A stretch of DNA of 64,000 nt from an uncultured delta proteobacterium (GTDB lineage: Bacteria > Desulfobacterota > Desulfobacteria > Desulfobacterales > Desulfosalsimonadaceae): NCBI GenBank assembly GCA_963826785.1, contig CAWGYD010000010.1, positions 128,001 to 192,000 on the forward strand, read 5' to 3'. Positions 32,176 to 43,069 of the stretch are shown piece after piece. Within the stretch, counting starts at the first letter, position 1. Every line of letters starts with the position of its first letter. The position numbers and the translations under genes are program-made. The notes beneath the pieces were generated by a model. It worked only from the letters and a program-made list of their open reading frames with translations. It did not search any database and had not been told where the DNA came from.

Positions 32176-32406
32176 TTAGCGTATTCTGTGAAAGGCCTTC
32201 ATCTGCATCAGACTCCGCATCTGCATTTGCGCCTGACGGCCGGTGGTTCCCCATAGGTTGATGTCAGGCGGTGCACAAAGGGATGCAGGTGCGGGTTCCG
32301 CCTGGCCGGCCTGGGCCGCAAACTGGGCGGCGGCTTCGGCCTCGGTCTTCAGAAACTGGGCCACACCCGCGATGGCCGCCAATTTTTTCTTTCGCTTTTC
32401 ATCCAT
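32176..32406 (-). CDS. Small (76 aa) carboxylase-associated protein
   Basis: LAAIAGVAQFL, Ala/Pro linker, then WGTTGR, similar to OadG/epsilon-type adaptor tails; lies between two carboxyltransferase genes. Confidence 0.6.
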   Translation of the reverse strand: MDEKRKKKLAAIAGVAQFLKTEAEAAAQFAAQAGQAEPAPASLCAPPDINLWGTTGRQAQMQMRSLMQMKAFHRIR

Positions 32407-32467
32407 TGAGTCAACCCTATATATTTTCAATAAGTTGTTATAGCGAATATAATTGTTTACATTAAGT

Positions 32468-34018
32468 TTATGCGGGTATGTTGCCGTGCTTTTTCGGCGG
32501 CAGGGTCATGCGTTTGTTGTACATGATCTCCAGCGCTTCGATGAGCCGGGGCCGGGTTTCGCTGGGGATGATGATGTCATCGATGTATCCCCGCTGGGCG
32601 GCCTTGTACGGATTGGAAAACAGCTTCCGGTATTCCTCAATCTTTTCCTTGCGCTTGGCACCCGGATCGGACGCGCTGGTGATCTCCTTGCGGTGGATGA
32701 TGTTGGCGGCCCCTTCGGCCCCCATCACCGCAATCTCGGCCGAGGGCCAGGCAAAAGCGATGTCCGCCCCCAGGTGCTTTGAAGACATGGCGATATAGGC
32801 GCCGCCGTAATCTTTGCGCACGATCAGCAGCAGCTTGGGCACAGTGGCTTCCGAATAGCACCACAGCAGCTTTGCGCCATGTCGGATAATGCCGCCCCAT
32901 TCCTGGTTGCTTCCGGGCATGTATCCCGGGACATCGGAGATGGTCAGCAATGGGATGTTGAAGGCGTCGCAGAAACGGATAAACCGGGTGGCCTTGTCCG
33001 AGGCGTCGATGTCCAGGCAGCCGGCCAGAAAATTGGGCTGGTTGGCGATGATGCCGATGGTCTTGCCGTTCAATCGCGCCAGGCAGACGATCATGTTTTT
33101 GGCAAAATGCTCGTGGGGTTCGAAAAACTCGCCGTTGTCGACAATGGTGGAAATGATCGTCTTCATGTCATAGGGACGGTTGGGGTCTTCGGGAACGAAG
33201 CTGTCCAGCTCCGGCGAAGTCCGCTTGGGATCATCACCGGTTTCCACCACCGGCGGGTCGGCCATGTTGTTTGACGGCAGGTACGACAGCAGCTGCTTGA
33301 TCCGGTGGATGGTGTCTTCTTCCGATTCGCAGGCGAAATGCGCCACCCCGCTCTTCTCATTGTGGGCCATGGCGCCGCCCAGATCCTCGAAGGAAATCGA
33401 CTCTCCGGTGACCGACTTGATCACCTCGGGGCCGGTGATGAACATATGACTGGTATTTTTCACCATAAAGATCCAGTCGGTCATGGCCGGGGAATACACC
33501 GCACCGCCGGCGGTGGGCCCCATGATGGCCGATATCTGGGGAATCACCCCGGAAGAGATGGAGTTGCGGTAAAAAATCTCCCCGTACCCCGAAAGGGCGT
33601 CCACACCTTCCTGGATGCGCGCGCCGCCGGAATCGTTGAATCCCACTACGGGAGCGCCCGCCTTCAAGGCCAGATCCATGATCTTGCAAATCTTTTTGGC
33701 ATGCATTTCGCCCAGGGTGCCGGCGCGCGACGTAAAATCCTGGGCAAAGGCGAACACGGGCCGTCCGTCCACCTGCCCGTAGCCAGTGATCACCCCGTCG
33801 GCTGGAATCTCCACCTTTTCCATCCCGAAATTCGTGCACCGGTGCTGAACGAACATGTCCATTTCCCTGAAGGTTCCGGCGTCATAGAGCATTTCAAGGC
33901 GTTCCCGGGCGGTCAACTTTCCCTTTCCCTTATGGGCCGCCACCTGCTTTTCGCCGCCCAATTGCATTAATTTCGCTCTGAGCGTCTTGAGTTCATTGAT
34001 TTTGTCACTCGCCATCAT
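32468..34018 (-). CDS. Acyl-CoA carboxyltransferase (methylmalonyl-CoA transcarboxylase 12S / PccB family)
   Basis: GKLTARER, DSGGARIQEG, GGAVYSPA, DVPGYMPG, KKHGNIP. Confidence 0.95.
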   Translation of the reverse strand: MMASDKINELKTLRAKLMQLGGEKQVAAHKGKGKLTARERLEMLYDAGTFREMDMFVQHRCTNFGMEKVEIPADGVITGYGQVDGRPVFAFAQDFTSRAGTLGEMHAKKICKIMDLALKAGAPVVGFNDSGGARIQEGVDALSGYGEIFYRNSISSGVIPQISAIMGPTAGGAVYSPAMTDWIFMVKNTSHMFITGPEVIKSVTGESISFEDLGGAMAHNEKSGVAHFACESEEDTIHRIKQLLSYLPSNNMADPPVVETGDDPKRTSPELDSFVPEDPNRPYDMKTIISTIVDNGEFFEPHEHFAKNMIVCLARLNGKTIGIIANQPNFLAGCLDIDASDKATRFIRFCDAFNIPLLTISDVPGYMPGSNQEWGGIIRHGAKLLWCYSEATVPKLLLIVRKDYGGAYIAMSSKHLGADIAFAWPSAEIAVMGAEGAANIIHRKEITSASDPGAKRKEKIEEYRKLFSNPYKAAQRGYIDDIIIPSETRPRLIEALEIMYNKRMTLPPKKHGNIPA

Positions 34019-34188
34019 GTCATCCTTTCGGCTCTTTCACACAGATTAGACTGCTGCAACATGTCAGAGATTTTCATTATATTCTCTCGCCAGCGCGCCG
34101 GAAACCGTACAAATCAAATCTTTCCAGGCGTTTTTTGCAAGAGTCGTTTATAGAGGCCATCGGATATTTTGGGTTCGGGCATCCGCCT

Positions 34189-35169
34189 TCAGACCTCGGT
34201 TTTCAGTTTTCCCAGCAGCTGTTTCACCGCGGCCGTGGGCGTGACTTCCCCTTTTTCGACTGCCCTTGTCAGCTCGGAAAGGGACTGTTTTACTGAAGGA
34301 AGCCGGTAAAACCATTGTTTCAATCCTTCGTCGAGCATCTGCCCCGTCCAGTCCAGTGCCTGCTGCTTTCGTTTTTCGGTCAGCTCGCCGGTTGCGGAGA
34401 GCTGCCGGCGGTGGCCCATCACCGTTTGCCAGATTTCCTCGATTCCGGTCATGGTCATCGCGCTGCAGGTGAGAACGGACGGCTTCCAGGAACTCACAGG
34501 AGCCAGGAGACCAAACGCATCCGCATAAGCGTTTCGTGTTTTCTCCGCCTTTTCCACGTTGTCACCGTCGGCCTTATTCACCGCCACCGCGTCGGCAAGC
34601 TCCAGAATCCCGCGTTTCATCCCCTGCAGTTCATCACCGGCACCGGCCAGGAGCAGCACCAGGAAAAAATCGACCATGGATGCCACCGTGGTTTCAGACT
34701 GGCCCACCCCGACGGTTTCCACCATGATGACATCGTATCCGGCGGCTTCGCAGACCAGCATCGATTCACGGGTCTTGCGCGAAACGCCACCCAGTGTCCC
34801 CCCGGAAGGGGATGGTCGGACAAACACGTTTGGGTGCACTGACAGCGTTTCCATCCGGGTTTTATCCCCCATGATGGACCCGCCGCTTCTGCTGCTGCTC
34901 GGGTCCACCGCCAGAACCGCCAGCCGGTGTCCCTGGTCGGTCAGAAATTTCCCCAGGCTTTCAATAAAGGTGCTCTTGCCTGCCCCGGGAACGCCGGTGA
35001 TGCCCAGGCGGACCGCATTTCCGGTGAACGGCAGCAGACCGTCCAGGACAATGGCCGTCAGTTCCTGGTGGTCGGCCAGTGAGCTTTCTACCAGGGTGAT
35101 GGTTCTGGACAATATCTTTCGATCCCCGGACCGGACGCCTTCGATATAATATCGGGGATCATGGATCAT
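34189..35169 (-). CDS. meaB: Methylmalonyl-CoA mutase-associated GTPase
   Basis: GVPGAGKST, DPSS, GDKTRM, ETVGVGQSE, NKAD. Confidence 0.95.
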   Translation of the reverse strand: MIHDPRYYIEGVRSGDRKILSRTITLVESSLADHQELTAIVLDGLLPFTGNAVRLGITGVPGAGKSTFIESLGKFLTDQGHRLAVLAVDPSSSRSGGSIMGDKTRMETLSVHPNVFVRPSPSGGTLGGVSRKTRESMLVCEAAGYDVIMVETVGVGQSETTVASMVDFFLVLLLAGAGDELQGMKRGILELADAVAVNKADGDNVEKAEKTRNAYADAFGLLAPVSSWKPSVLTCSAMTMTGIEEIWQTVMGHRRQLSATGELTEKRKQQALDWTGQMLDEGLKQWFYRLPSVKQSLSELTRAVEKGEVTPTAAVKQLLGKLKTEV

Positions 35170-37295
35170 TATGCCTGCTCCAGGATATTGAGCACCTGGT
35201 TGGCCGAATCGGTGATGATGGTGCCCGGCCCGAAAACTTTGGAGGCCCCGGCATTGAAGAGAAAATCATAGTCCGCCGGCGGGATGATCCCCCCCACCAC
35301 GACCTTGATCTCTTCCCCGCCTTCCTTTTTGAGCGCGGAAATGAGTTCGGGTACCAGGATCTTGTGCCCGGCAGCCAGGCTGGACACCCCCACCACATGG
35401 ACATCGTTGTCAATCGCCATACGGGCGGCTTCTTCCGGCGTCTGGAACATGGGGCTGATATCCACGTCGAATCCCATGTCCGCAAACGCGGTGGCCACCA
35501 CCTTGATCCCCCGGTCATGACCATCCTGGCCCATCTTGGTCACCAGAATGCGGGGCCGGCGGCCGTGTTTTTCGGCAAAATTCTCGATGCGCTTGCGGAT
35601 GGATGCGATGATTTCGCTGTCCTGGTATTCAGACGCGTAAACGCCCGAAATGCACTGGGTGGTCGCCACAAACCGGCCGAACACGGTTTCCAGTGCGTCG
35701 GAAATCTCCCCCAGGGTAGCCCGGGCGCGAACCGCGGCAATACTGGCTTCAAGGAGATTCCCATTGCTTTTGGCCGCCTGGGTCAGGTTGGAAAGGGCCT
35801 GCTGGACCGCTTCGCTGTCCCGGGTTTGCTTGATGTGTTTGATGCGCTCGACCTGTTCGTTTCGAACTTCAGCGGAGATTTCGCGCACCTCGATGGGTGC
35901 TTCGTCTTCCACCTGGTATTTGTTCACCCCCACGATGACATCCTTGCCCTGGTCAATGCGGGCCTGCCGGCGGGCGGCCGATTCCTCGACGCGCATCTTG
36001 GGCATGCCGGAGGTGATGGCCTTGGCCATGCCGCCCAGGCCTTCCACTTCTTTGATGATTTTACGGGCTTCTTCGATGATCGAATGCGTCAGCGACTCCA
36101 CATAATAGGATCCGCCCAGGGGATCCACCACCCGGGTGACCTGGGATTCCTCGGCAACGATGATCTGCGTGTTGCGGGCGACCCGCGCGGAAATATCAGT
36201 GGGAAGGCTCACCGCCTCATCGAAGGAATTGGTGTGCAGCGACTGGGTTCCCCCCAGGACTGCGGCCAGGCACTCCAGGGTGGTCCGGATGATGTTGTTG
36301 TAGGGATCCTGCTGGGTCAGGCTCCATCCGGAGGTCTGGCAGTGGGTGCGCAGCATCAGCGATGTCGGTTTCTTGGGATTAAACTGCTTCATCATCTCCG
36401 CCCACAGATACCGGGCAGCCCGCAGCATGGCGATTTCCATGAAGAAATTCATGCCGATGCCGAAGAAAAAGGAGAGCCGGGGGGCGAAATCGTCGATGTC
36501 CAGGCCCGCATTCAGGGCGGCTTTGACGTATTCCAGGCCGTCGGCCAGGGTGAAGGCCGTCTGCAGCACCGAATCCGCACCCGCCTCCATCATGTGATAC
36601 CCGCTGATGCTCACCGTGTTGAACTTGGGCATGTGCGTCGAGCAGTAGCCGATGATGTCAGACACGATCCGCATGGAGGGTTCCGGCGGATAGATGTAGG
36701 TGTTCCGGGTGAGGTACTCCTTTAATATGTCGTTCTGGATGGTGCCGGTGAGCTTCTCCTGGGAAACCCCCTGCTCCTCGGCGGCCACGATGTAGCCGGC
36801 CAGAACCGGAAGCACGGCGCCGTTCATGGTCATGGAGACCGACATCTGATCCAGGGGGATACCGTCGAACAGGATCTTCATGTCTTCGATGGAATCGACC
36901 GGAACCCCGGCTTTTCCCACGTCGCCGATGACCCGGGGATGATCCGAATCATAGCCCCGATGGGTGGGAAGATCAAAGGCGACGGAAAGCCCTTTCTGGC
37001 CGGCAGCCAATGCTTTTCGATAAAACTGGTTGGATTCCCGGGCCGTGGAAAACCCGGCATACTGCCGAATGGTCCAGGGCCGGTTGGTGTACATGGTCGC
37101 CCGGACGCCGCGGACGAAAGGCGACATTCCGGGCAGGGTATCGACTGCGTCAAGCGCTTCGAGATCGGCTTTCGTATACAGGGGCTTGATGGTAATCCCC
37201 TCGGGGGTGGTCCGGCTCAGTTCCTCCAGCGGTTTTCCCCGCAGCTCCTTTTCGGAAAGTTTGACCCATTTTTCAAAATCTGGATGTTCAGGCAT
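35169..37295 (-). CDS. scpA: Methylmalonyl-CoA mutase (B12-dependent)
   Basis: [25 protein letters not shown] (B12-binding DxHxxG), SSLAAGH. Confidence 0.97.
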   Translation of the reverse strand: MPEHPDFEKWVKLSEKELRGKPLEELSRTTPEGITIKPLYTKADLEALDAVDTLPGMSPFVRGVRATMYTNRPWTIRQYAGFSTARESNQFYRKALAAGQKGLSVAFDLPTHRGYDSDHPRVIGDVGKAGVPVDSIEDMKILFDGIPLDQMSVSMTMNGAVLPVLAGYIVAAEEQGVSQEKLTGTIQNDILKEYLTRNTYIYPPEPSMRIVSDIIGYCSTHMPKFNTVSISGYHMMEAGADSVLQTAFTLADGLEYVKAALNAGLDIDDFAPRLSFFFGIGMNFFMEIAMLRAARYLWAEMMKQFNPKKPTSLMLRTHCQTSGWSLTQQDPYNNIIRTTLECLAAVLGGTQSLHTNSFDEAVSLPTDISARVARNTQIIVAEESQVTRVVDPLGGSYYVESLTHSIIEEARKIIKEVEGLGGMAKAITSGMPKMRVEESAARRQARIDQGKDVIVGVNKYQVEDEAPIEVREISAEVRNEQVERIKHIKQTRDSEAVQQALSNLTQAAKSNGNLLEASIAAVRARATLGEISDALETVFGRFVATTQCISGVYASEYQDSEIIASIRKRIENFAEKHGRRPRILVTKMGQDGHDRGIKVVATAFADMGFDVDISPMFQTPEEAARMAIDNDVHVVGVSSLAAGHKILVPELISALKKEGGEEIKVVVGGIIPPADYDFLFNAGASKVFGPGTIITDSANQVLNILEQA

Positions 37296-37334
37296 GGCCG
37301 CGCTCCTTCGAGAATAAAATAAAAAAAAATATGG

Positions 37335-37739
37335 CTACCGCTCACATAATTCAACCAGCACGCCGTTGGTGGACTTGGGGTGCAGAAAGGCGATTTTGGC
37401 GCCGCCCGCACCTTTACGCGGGGTCTCGTCAATCAGACGAACACCCTTCTGCTTGAGTTCCGCCAGTGCGGCCTCGATGTTTTCCACCCGAAAGGCCACA
37501 TGCTGGATCCCTTCGCCCTTTTTTTCGATGAATTTGGCCACCGGACCATCCGGTGCGGTGGACTCGAGCAGTTCCACTTCGCTTTCCCCCACCGGGAAAA
37601 AAGCGGTTTTGACTTTCTGGGCTTCAACGGTTTCATCGCCTTGAAAATCAAGCCCGAGAATTCCGGTCCAGAATCCTTTGCCGTCATCAATGCTGTTTAC
37701 CGCGATTCCGATATGATCGACTTTCAATATTTTCATCAT
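37335..37739 (-). CDS. mce: Methylmalonyl-CoA epimerase
   Basis: [40 protein letters not shown]. Confidence 0.95.
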   Translation of the reverse strand: MMKILKVDHIGIAVNSIDDGKGFWTGILGLDFQGDETVEAQKVKTAFFPVGESEVELLESTAPDGPVAKFIEKKGEGIQHVAFRVENIEAALAELKQKGVRLIDETPRKGAGGAKIAFLHPKSTNGVLVELCER

Positions 37740-37793
37740 TCACCTCTCATCCGTTTACGGGGTATGGGATGTAAAATCCGGGTCACGCCTATT

Positions 37794-38426
37794 CTAATGC
37801 GGACGCCGGATGCCGTCAAAAATGACCCGGCTGATCTCTTTCTGAAAACCTTCCGCATCGATGTCTCCGTTGTGTATCAGGGCGGGCAGCGCCATATGCT
37901 CGATAGCCCCCAGAATGATCTGGCGGATAGACTGGGGGGAGACGTCATCGCGGATTTCCTTTTCAGCCATTCCTTCCTTGATGGCGGAAAGAATCAGGTT
38001 GGTGTACTCCTTAATTTTAAGATACGTCTCGCTTTCGAAATAGCCCGGATAGTTTCGGACTTCGATCAGCAGCATCCGGGAAAAAACACGGTCGCCGTCA
38101 TAGAATTCGATGGAGGAGCGAATCATCCGGCCCAGTTTTTTCAGGGCGCTGTCGGTGCCCGACATGTCCCGGGAAACCTGCCGGACAAAGTCATCGAGAT
38201 GCTCCTTGAGAACCTGGTGCAAAAGTCCGCGCTTATCCCCGAAATACCGATAGATCAGGGATTCGTTGACCCCGGATTCATTGGAAATCTCCGAGGTGGT
38301 AATGGAGTTGAAATCCTTTTTCTCCAGAAGCTTGCGCAGTGCATTGGCGATCTTGATGCGGCCAGGAGGCCCTTCTGTGCTGGTGAAGGTTCTGGGTCGG
38401 ACTGGGCTTGTTTTGGAATCGGCCAT
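37794..38426 (-). CDS. TetR/AcrR family transcriptional regulator
   Basis: FNSITTSEISNESGVNESLIYRYFGDK helix-turn-helix. Confidence 0.9.
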   Translation of the reverse strand: MADSKTSPVRPRTFTSTEGPPGRIKIANALRKLLEKKDFNSITTSEISNESGVNESLIYRYFGDKRGLLHQVLKEHLDDFVRQVSRDMSGTDSALKKLGRMIRSSIEFYDGDRVFSRMLLIEVRNYPGYFESETYLKIKEYTNLILSAIKEGMAEKEIRDDVSPQSIRQIILGAIEHMALPALIHNGDIDAEGFQKEISRVIFDGIRRPH

Positions 38427-38469
38427 GGCAAGTAAATGTGTGTTCCGAAATCGGGTTTTGGATTTTCTG

Positions 38470-38513
38470 AAATGTTGTAAGTAACATTTACATACATAAA
38501 ATTGCCCTGTCAA
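38470..38513 (-). promoter_or_regulatory. Putative tetR promoter with overlapping palindromic operator
   Basis: Minus-strand TTGACA (38513-38508), 17 nt, weak -10 TAAATG; inverted repeat AAATGTT-N6-AACATTT at 38470-38489. Confidence 0.55.
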
Positions 38514-38651
38514 CCATTTTTCAGGTGATTTTAAATTTCATGCACGGGTTCGGCGTTTTTAGATTATTTCCGGGCGAAAATCGATTGAAGCGCGGGCACA
38601 GCCGGGGAAGGATGATCTTTTAAATGTTGATGCATTCCTGAAATTGTTGAT

Positions 38652-40976
38652 CTATTTGATGCAGACCTTGCGAACTTCCAGAAGATCCGTGTACCCGTCG
38701 AGAATTTTTTCAATGCCGTCCTGCTTGAGGGTGGTCATCCCTTCTGCGATGGCCTGCTCCCGTATCTGGTGCATGGTGGCCCGGGTCTGTATCATCTCCT
38801 TGATCCGGTCGGAGCCCACGAGCAGTTCATGGAGCCCCATCCGGCCCCGGTAGCCCGTGTTGTTGCACATATCGCACCCTTCGGGCTTATAGAGAACCAG
38901 ATCGTTGGTGTATGGGATATTCACGTTCTTTTCGAAGAGTTGAGGGTCGTACTCCCGGACCAGTTCGTCATACTCGGATTTGCTGGGCTGATAGGATTTC
39001 TTGCAGTTCTTGCAAAGGGTGCGGACCAGGCGCTGGGCAAGGATTGCCAGGAGGGCATCGGCAAAATTGAAGGGGTCCATGCCCATGTCCAGAAGACGGG
39101 TCACGCTTTCCGGGGCGCTGTTGGTGTGCAGGGTGGAAAAAACCAGGTGCCCGGTCAATGACGCCTCGATGCCGATCTGGGTGGTTTCCCGGTCCCGCAT
39201 TTCACCCACCATGATCACGTCCGGGTCCGCCCGGAGAAAAGAGCGCATGGCGGCGGCAAAATCGAACCCGATCTTGGGATGGACCTGCACCTGCCGGAGT
39301 CCCTTCTGGGTAATTTCCACCGGGTCTTCCGCCGTCCAGATCTTGCGCTCCACCTTGTTGATATAGGAAAGCGCCGAGTGCAGGGTGGTGGTTTTACCCG
39401 AACCGGTGGGACCGCAGCAGAAGATCAGGCCATACGGATTGATAATCGCCTTTATGAAATTTTCATAATTGCGTTCGGAAAATCCCATTTTGTCCAGGGG
39501 GATGGGCTCGCCGGCGGCCAGAAGCCGCATGACCACATCTTCCAGTCCGCCCTGGGTGGGGACCGTGGCCACCCGGAGTTCGATGTCCTTCCCGCCGTAT
39601 TTTTTGAATCTGATTTTGCCGTCCTGGGGCTTGCGCCGTTCGGCAATATCTAAGTCCGCCATGATCTTGATCCGGGAGACCACCGCCGCCTTGTAGCTGT
39701 AGGGAATGGTCTGGTAAAGCGCGCAGGCCCCGTCCACCCGGATCCGGACCTGGGTGTTCTGTTTGCCGGGATAAGGTTCCAGGTGTATGTCGGATGCACC
39801 CCGGGCATGGGCATCTAAAATAATCTTGTTGACCAGCTGAACCACGGCACTGCTCTGTTCGGAAACGGCGGAGGTTTCCTCCTCGATTTCGTCGTCTTCT
39901 TCCTTGAGTTTCGAAATGATTTCATCGATGGAGGACATCTCTTTGTGATCGGAGCTGAAATGATCGATCATCCGGGAAATGACCTCTTTGAGCGCGAAGG
40001 CCAGCTTGACCGTTTTACCCGGGAAAAGGGAGCGGATCTCATCCACCCGCTTGATGTCTTCCGGGTTGTCGATGGCAATCACCACGTCCCCGTTTTCCGA
40101 CCGAACGGGCACCCAGGCGTTGTTGCGCAGAAAACCGACTTTCAGCCCCGCCATCAGATCTCCGGGGATGGGCATGTTTTCGGAAAACTCGATCAGCGGC
40201 AGGTCATAATACCGGCTGAGGGCCTGGCCGATATCCTTGGGGGAAATTTTAAAATCCTGGATCAGAATCTTCTCGATATGGGTTTTCTTTTCCCGGGCGG
40301 CCGCCACCGCCCGTCCGAGTTCCTTCTGGGTCAGAATATGATTTTCCAGAAGATAATCGAATTTACTCTTGCGGCTGGTGGCCATCTTCTTCTGCTTGTA
40401 CAGCGCAATGCCCATGATATTGGACAATTCGGTCACGTTTTCCTCATCGCGCGTGACGAAGGGCCCCCCGGATTTGCGGTTGATCAGCTGAATGACGCCT
40501 AAAACGAAGGATTTGAAAATGATGGGGGCGGCCAGAACCTGCTTGGTGCTGAACCCCGTCTTTTTGTCCCAGCTTTTATCGAAATTGAGTTCCGGATCGA
40601 TATCCGAAAGCTCTTTTTCATCATACACGTTCTTGATATTGAGCTGTTTCTGATGGTAGGCGGTATAGCCGGCGATGCTGTTGTTGGAGATGGGCACCCG
40701 GATTTCCGACACCTCTGTTCCCGACTTGAACCGCGAAACCAGTTCCCGCTTGACCCCGTCCACATAATAGATGGTGATCCGCTCGGCGCCCACCAGATCG
40801 ACAATATCATTTTTCAGATCGATCAGGATTTCATCCAGATTGAAGGCGGCATAAATGGCATTTGAGATTTCCTGCAGCTTGGTTCGGTATTCCACCTCTG
40901 ATTTGAGGTTTTGAACATCCGAATCCTTGTTGTAAAGGGCTGAAGGTTCACTTTTGATTTTGCTGCTTGCCTCCAT
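38652..40976 (-). CDS. GAF-domain GspE/PilB family ATPase
   Basis: N-terminal GAF (SIAGY...FDKSWDKKTGFSTKQVLAAPI...QLINRK); ASDIHLEP, GPTGSGKTT, DPDVIMVGEMRD, CKNC...CDMC. Confidence 0.9.
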   Translation of the reverse strand: MEASSKIKSEPSALYNKDSDVQNLKSEVEYRTKLQEISNAIYAAFNLDEILIDLKNDIVDLVGAERITIYYVDGVKRELVSRFKSGTEVSEIRVPISNNSIAGYTAYHQKQLNIKNVYDEKELSDIDPELNFDKSWDKKTGFSTKQVLAAPIIFKSFVLGVIQLINRKSGGPFVTRDEENVTELSNIMGIALYKQKKMATSRKSKFDYLLENHILTQKELGRAVAAAREKKTHIEKILIQDFKISPKDIGQALSRYYDLPLIEFSENMPIPGDLMAGLKVGFLRNNAWVPVRSENGDVVIAIDNPEDIKRVDEIRSLFPGKTVKLAFALKEVISRMIDHFSSDHKEMSSIDEIISKLKEEDDEIEEETSAVSEQSSAVVQLVNKIILDAHARGASDIHLEPYPGKQNTQVRIRVDGACALYQTIPYSYKAAVVSRIKIMADLDIAERRKPQDGKIRFKKYGGKDIELRVATVPTQGGLEDVVMRLLAAGEPIPLDKMGFSERNYENFIKAIINPYGLIFCCGPTGSGKTTTLHSALSYINKVERKIWTAEDPVEITQKGLRQVQVHPKIGFDFAAAMRSFLRADPDVIMVGEMRDRETTQIGIEASLTGHLVFSTLHTNSAPESVTRLLDMGMDPFNFADALLAILAQRLVRTLCKNCKKSYQPSKSEYDELVREYDPQLFEKNVNIPYTNDLVLYKPEGCDMCNNTGYRGRMGLHELLVGSDRIKEMIQTRATMHQIREQAIAEGMTTLKQDGIEKILDGYTDLLEVRKVCIK

Positions 40977-41014
40977 AACGTCCTCCGTCTTGATGAATAA
41001 CCCTGCGGGATGAA

Positions 41015-41263
41015 TCAGCGCTTCTGCGTCGGTTCATGCGGGCCATAGATGCCGTATAGTTTCCGGATTCCACCACCGGCCAGCAAAATCACCATCAAAT
41101 AAAAAGTGATTCGGATCAGCGGAAGTACCGTCGTGAAATAAGGGATGGTGGCGACTCTTTCCATGACTGCGGGAATGCGAAAAAAAACGGCAATCGCCAT
41201 CAGCGTAAGAGCGATTCCCCAGACCGTCTGCAGGGTTTTTGAGCGTTGGGTATCGGATTTCAT
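41015..41263 (-). CDS. Small two-TM membrane protein
   Basis: Two hydrophobic helices; directly upstream of the ATPase gene. Confidence 0.6.
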   Translation of the reverse strand: MKSDTQRSKTLQTVWGIALTLMAIAVFFRIPAVMERVATIPYFTTVLPLIRITFYLMVILLAGGGIRKLYGIYGPHEPTQKR

Positions 41264-41455
41264 GTATGATCGTCGAAGAGATAGATATCAATCAGTGAAT
41301 ACAATTTCTTCTGAGCAGGTAATATATCGCTAAGCCCAAAGGCTGTCAACTTGGATTCTTGTTTCCGGTCTTAAAAAAGCGCTTAAAATATCATTGGATT
41401 ATTATCCAGGCATTTATGGGGACATGCACCGTTATGGGATTTGAAAGGCGCCGGT

Positions 41456-41485
41456 TTGACGGATAGCCGATTTCTATGATATATT
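41456..41485 (+). promoter_or_regulatory. Putative sigma70 promoter
   Basis: TTGACG-N18-TATATT with extended TG; AAAGGAG RBS downstream. Confidence 0.5.
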
Positions 41486-41519
41486 GCAACCATTGTGAAA
41501 ATGAAAAGGAGCAAAATTG

Positions 41520-43069
41520 ATGGATGATCCACCCTCCTATGAACATGAACTCAAGCTGCGCAATCTCATTCTGTCAGATTACCCGGATATCGAGAGCATC
41601 ATGGATATCGTTTACGACGGTATTGGCGGGGCATGGCGTTTTGATGAGTTCAAAAACCTGATCGACTGCTTTCCCAACGGCCAGATCTGCATCGAGGACA
41701 AGGGCCGGGTCGTTGCCGCGGCCCTGAGCCTGATCGTCAGCTATGACGACTTTGAAAACGCCCACTGTTATGAAGACATCATCAACAACGGGGGCATGGA
41801 CGGACATGATCCAGACGGCACCGCGCTTTACGGCATCGATGTCTTCGTGCATCCGGAATATCGCGGGCTTCGCCTGGGCCGGCGGCTCTATGACGCACGA
41901 AAAGAGCTCTGCGAGACCTTGAATCTGAAATGCATTCTGTTTGGCGGCCGCATTCCGGGATATTCCAAATACCAGGACCAGCTCACCCCCCAGGAATATA
42001 TCGGGAAAGTCAAAAACAACGAACTCTATGATCCGGTCCTTTCCTTTCAGCTTAAAAATGATTTCCATATCCGGAAAGTCATGAAGAATTATCTGCCCGA
42101 GGACGAAAAATCCATGTCCTACGGCGTTTTGATGGAATGGAACAATATTTACTATGAAAAGAAGAAGCGGCTGTTCGGGGGCGCAAGAGCTATCCGCGTT
42201 TAGGGGTGGTGCAGTGGCAGATGCGGCCTTTCAATTCATACGAGGATGTCATTCACCAGGCGGAATTCTTTATCGACGCCCTCTCCGGGTACAATTCCGA
42301 CCTGATCCTCTTTCCGGAACTGTTCAATGCGCCTCTGCTCCGGAATTTCAACCAGGAAAACCCGGCAGAAGCCATGCGTTCCATTGCGGAATACACGGTG
42401 CCCCTGCGCGACGAATTCATCCGGATGGCGCTGTCATACAACATCAATATCGTGGCCGGCAGCATGCCCGAATACAAGGAGGGCCACCTGTACAACGTAT
42501 CCTATCTGTGCCGCCGGGACGGGACCTGGGACAGCCAGTACAAGCTGCATATCACCCCGGACGAAGCCCAGTACTGGGGTCTGAACGGGGGCGATGACAT
42601 CCGCATCTTCGACACGGACATCGGCAAAATCGGCATCCTGGTCTGCTATGACATTGAATTCCCGGAACTTTCGCGTTACCTGGTGGAAAAGGGGATGAAC
42701 ATCCTGCTGGTCCCCTTCTGGACGGATACGAAAAACGCCTACCTCCGGGTGAGGCGATGCGCCCAGGCCCGGGCCATCGAGAACGAATGCTATGTCGCCA
42801 TATCGGGCAGCGTAGGCAACCTCCCCAAAGTGGCAAACATGGATATCCAGTATTCCCAGTCCGCGGTATTCACCCCTTCGGATTTTGCCTTCCCCCACGA
42901 TGCCATCGCCGCCGAGGCGACCCCCAACACGGAGATGACCCTGATGGTGGATCTGGATCTGGATCTGCTCAAGGAACTGCGGCATCAGGGGAGCGTCCGC
43001 AATATCAAGAGCCGTCGGCTGGATCTTTACAACATCATCTGGAAAAAGCCGGGTGCGAAAGAAAACTAA
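41520..43069 (+). CDS. Bifunctional GNAT acetyltransferase / carbon-nitrogen hydrolase (~516 aa), apparent one-base deletion in the G run near 42180
   Basis: VHPEYRGLRLGRRLY (GNAT); FPE, YKLHIT, CYDIEFPE (nitrilase E-K-C triad). Adding one G gives LFGGRKSYPRLGVVQWQ. Confidence 0.85.
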
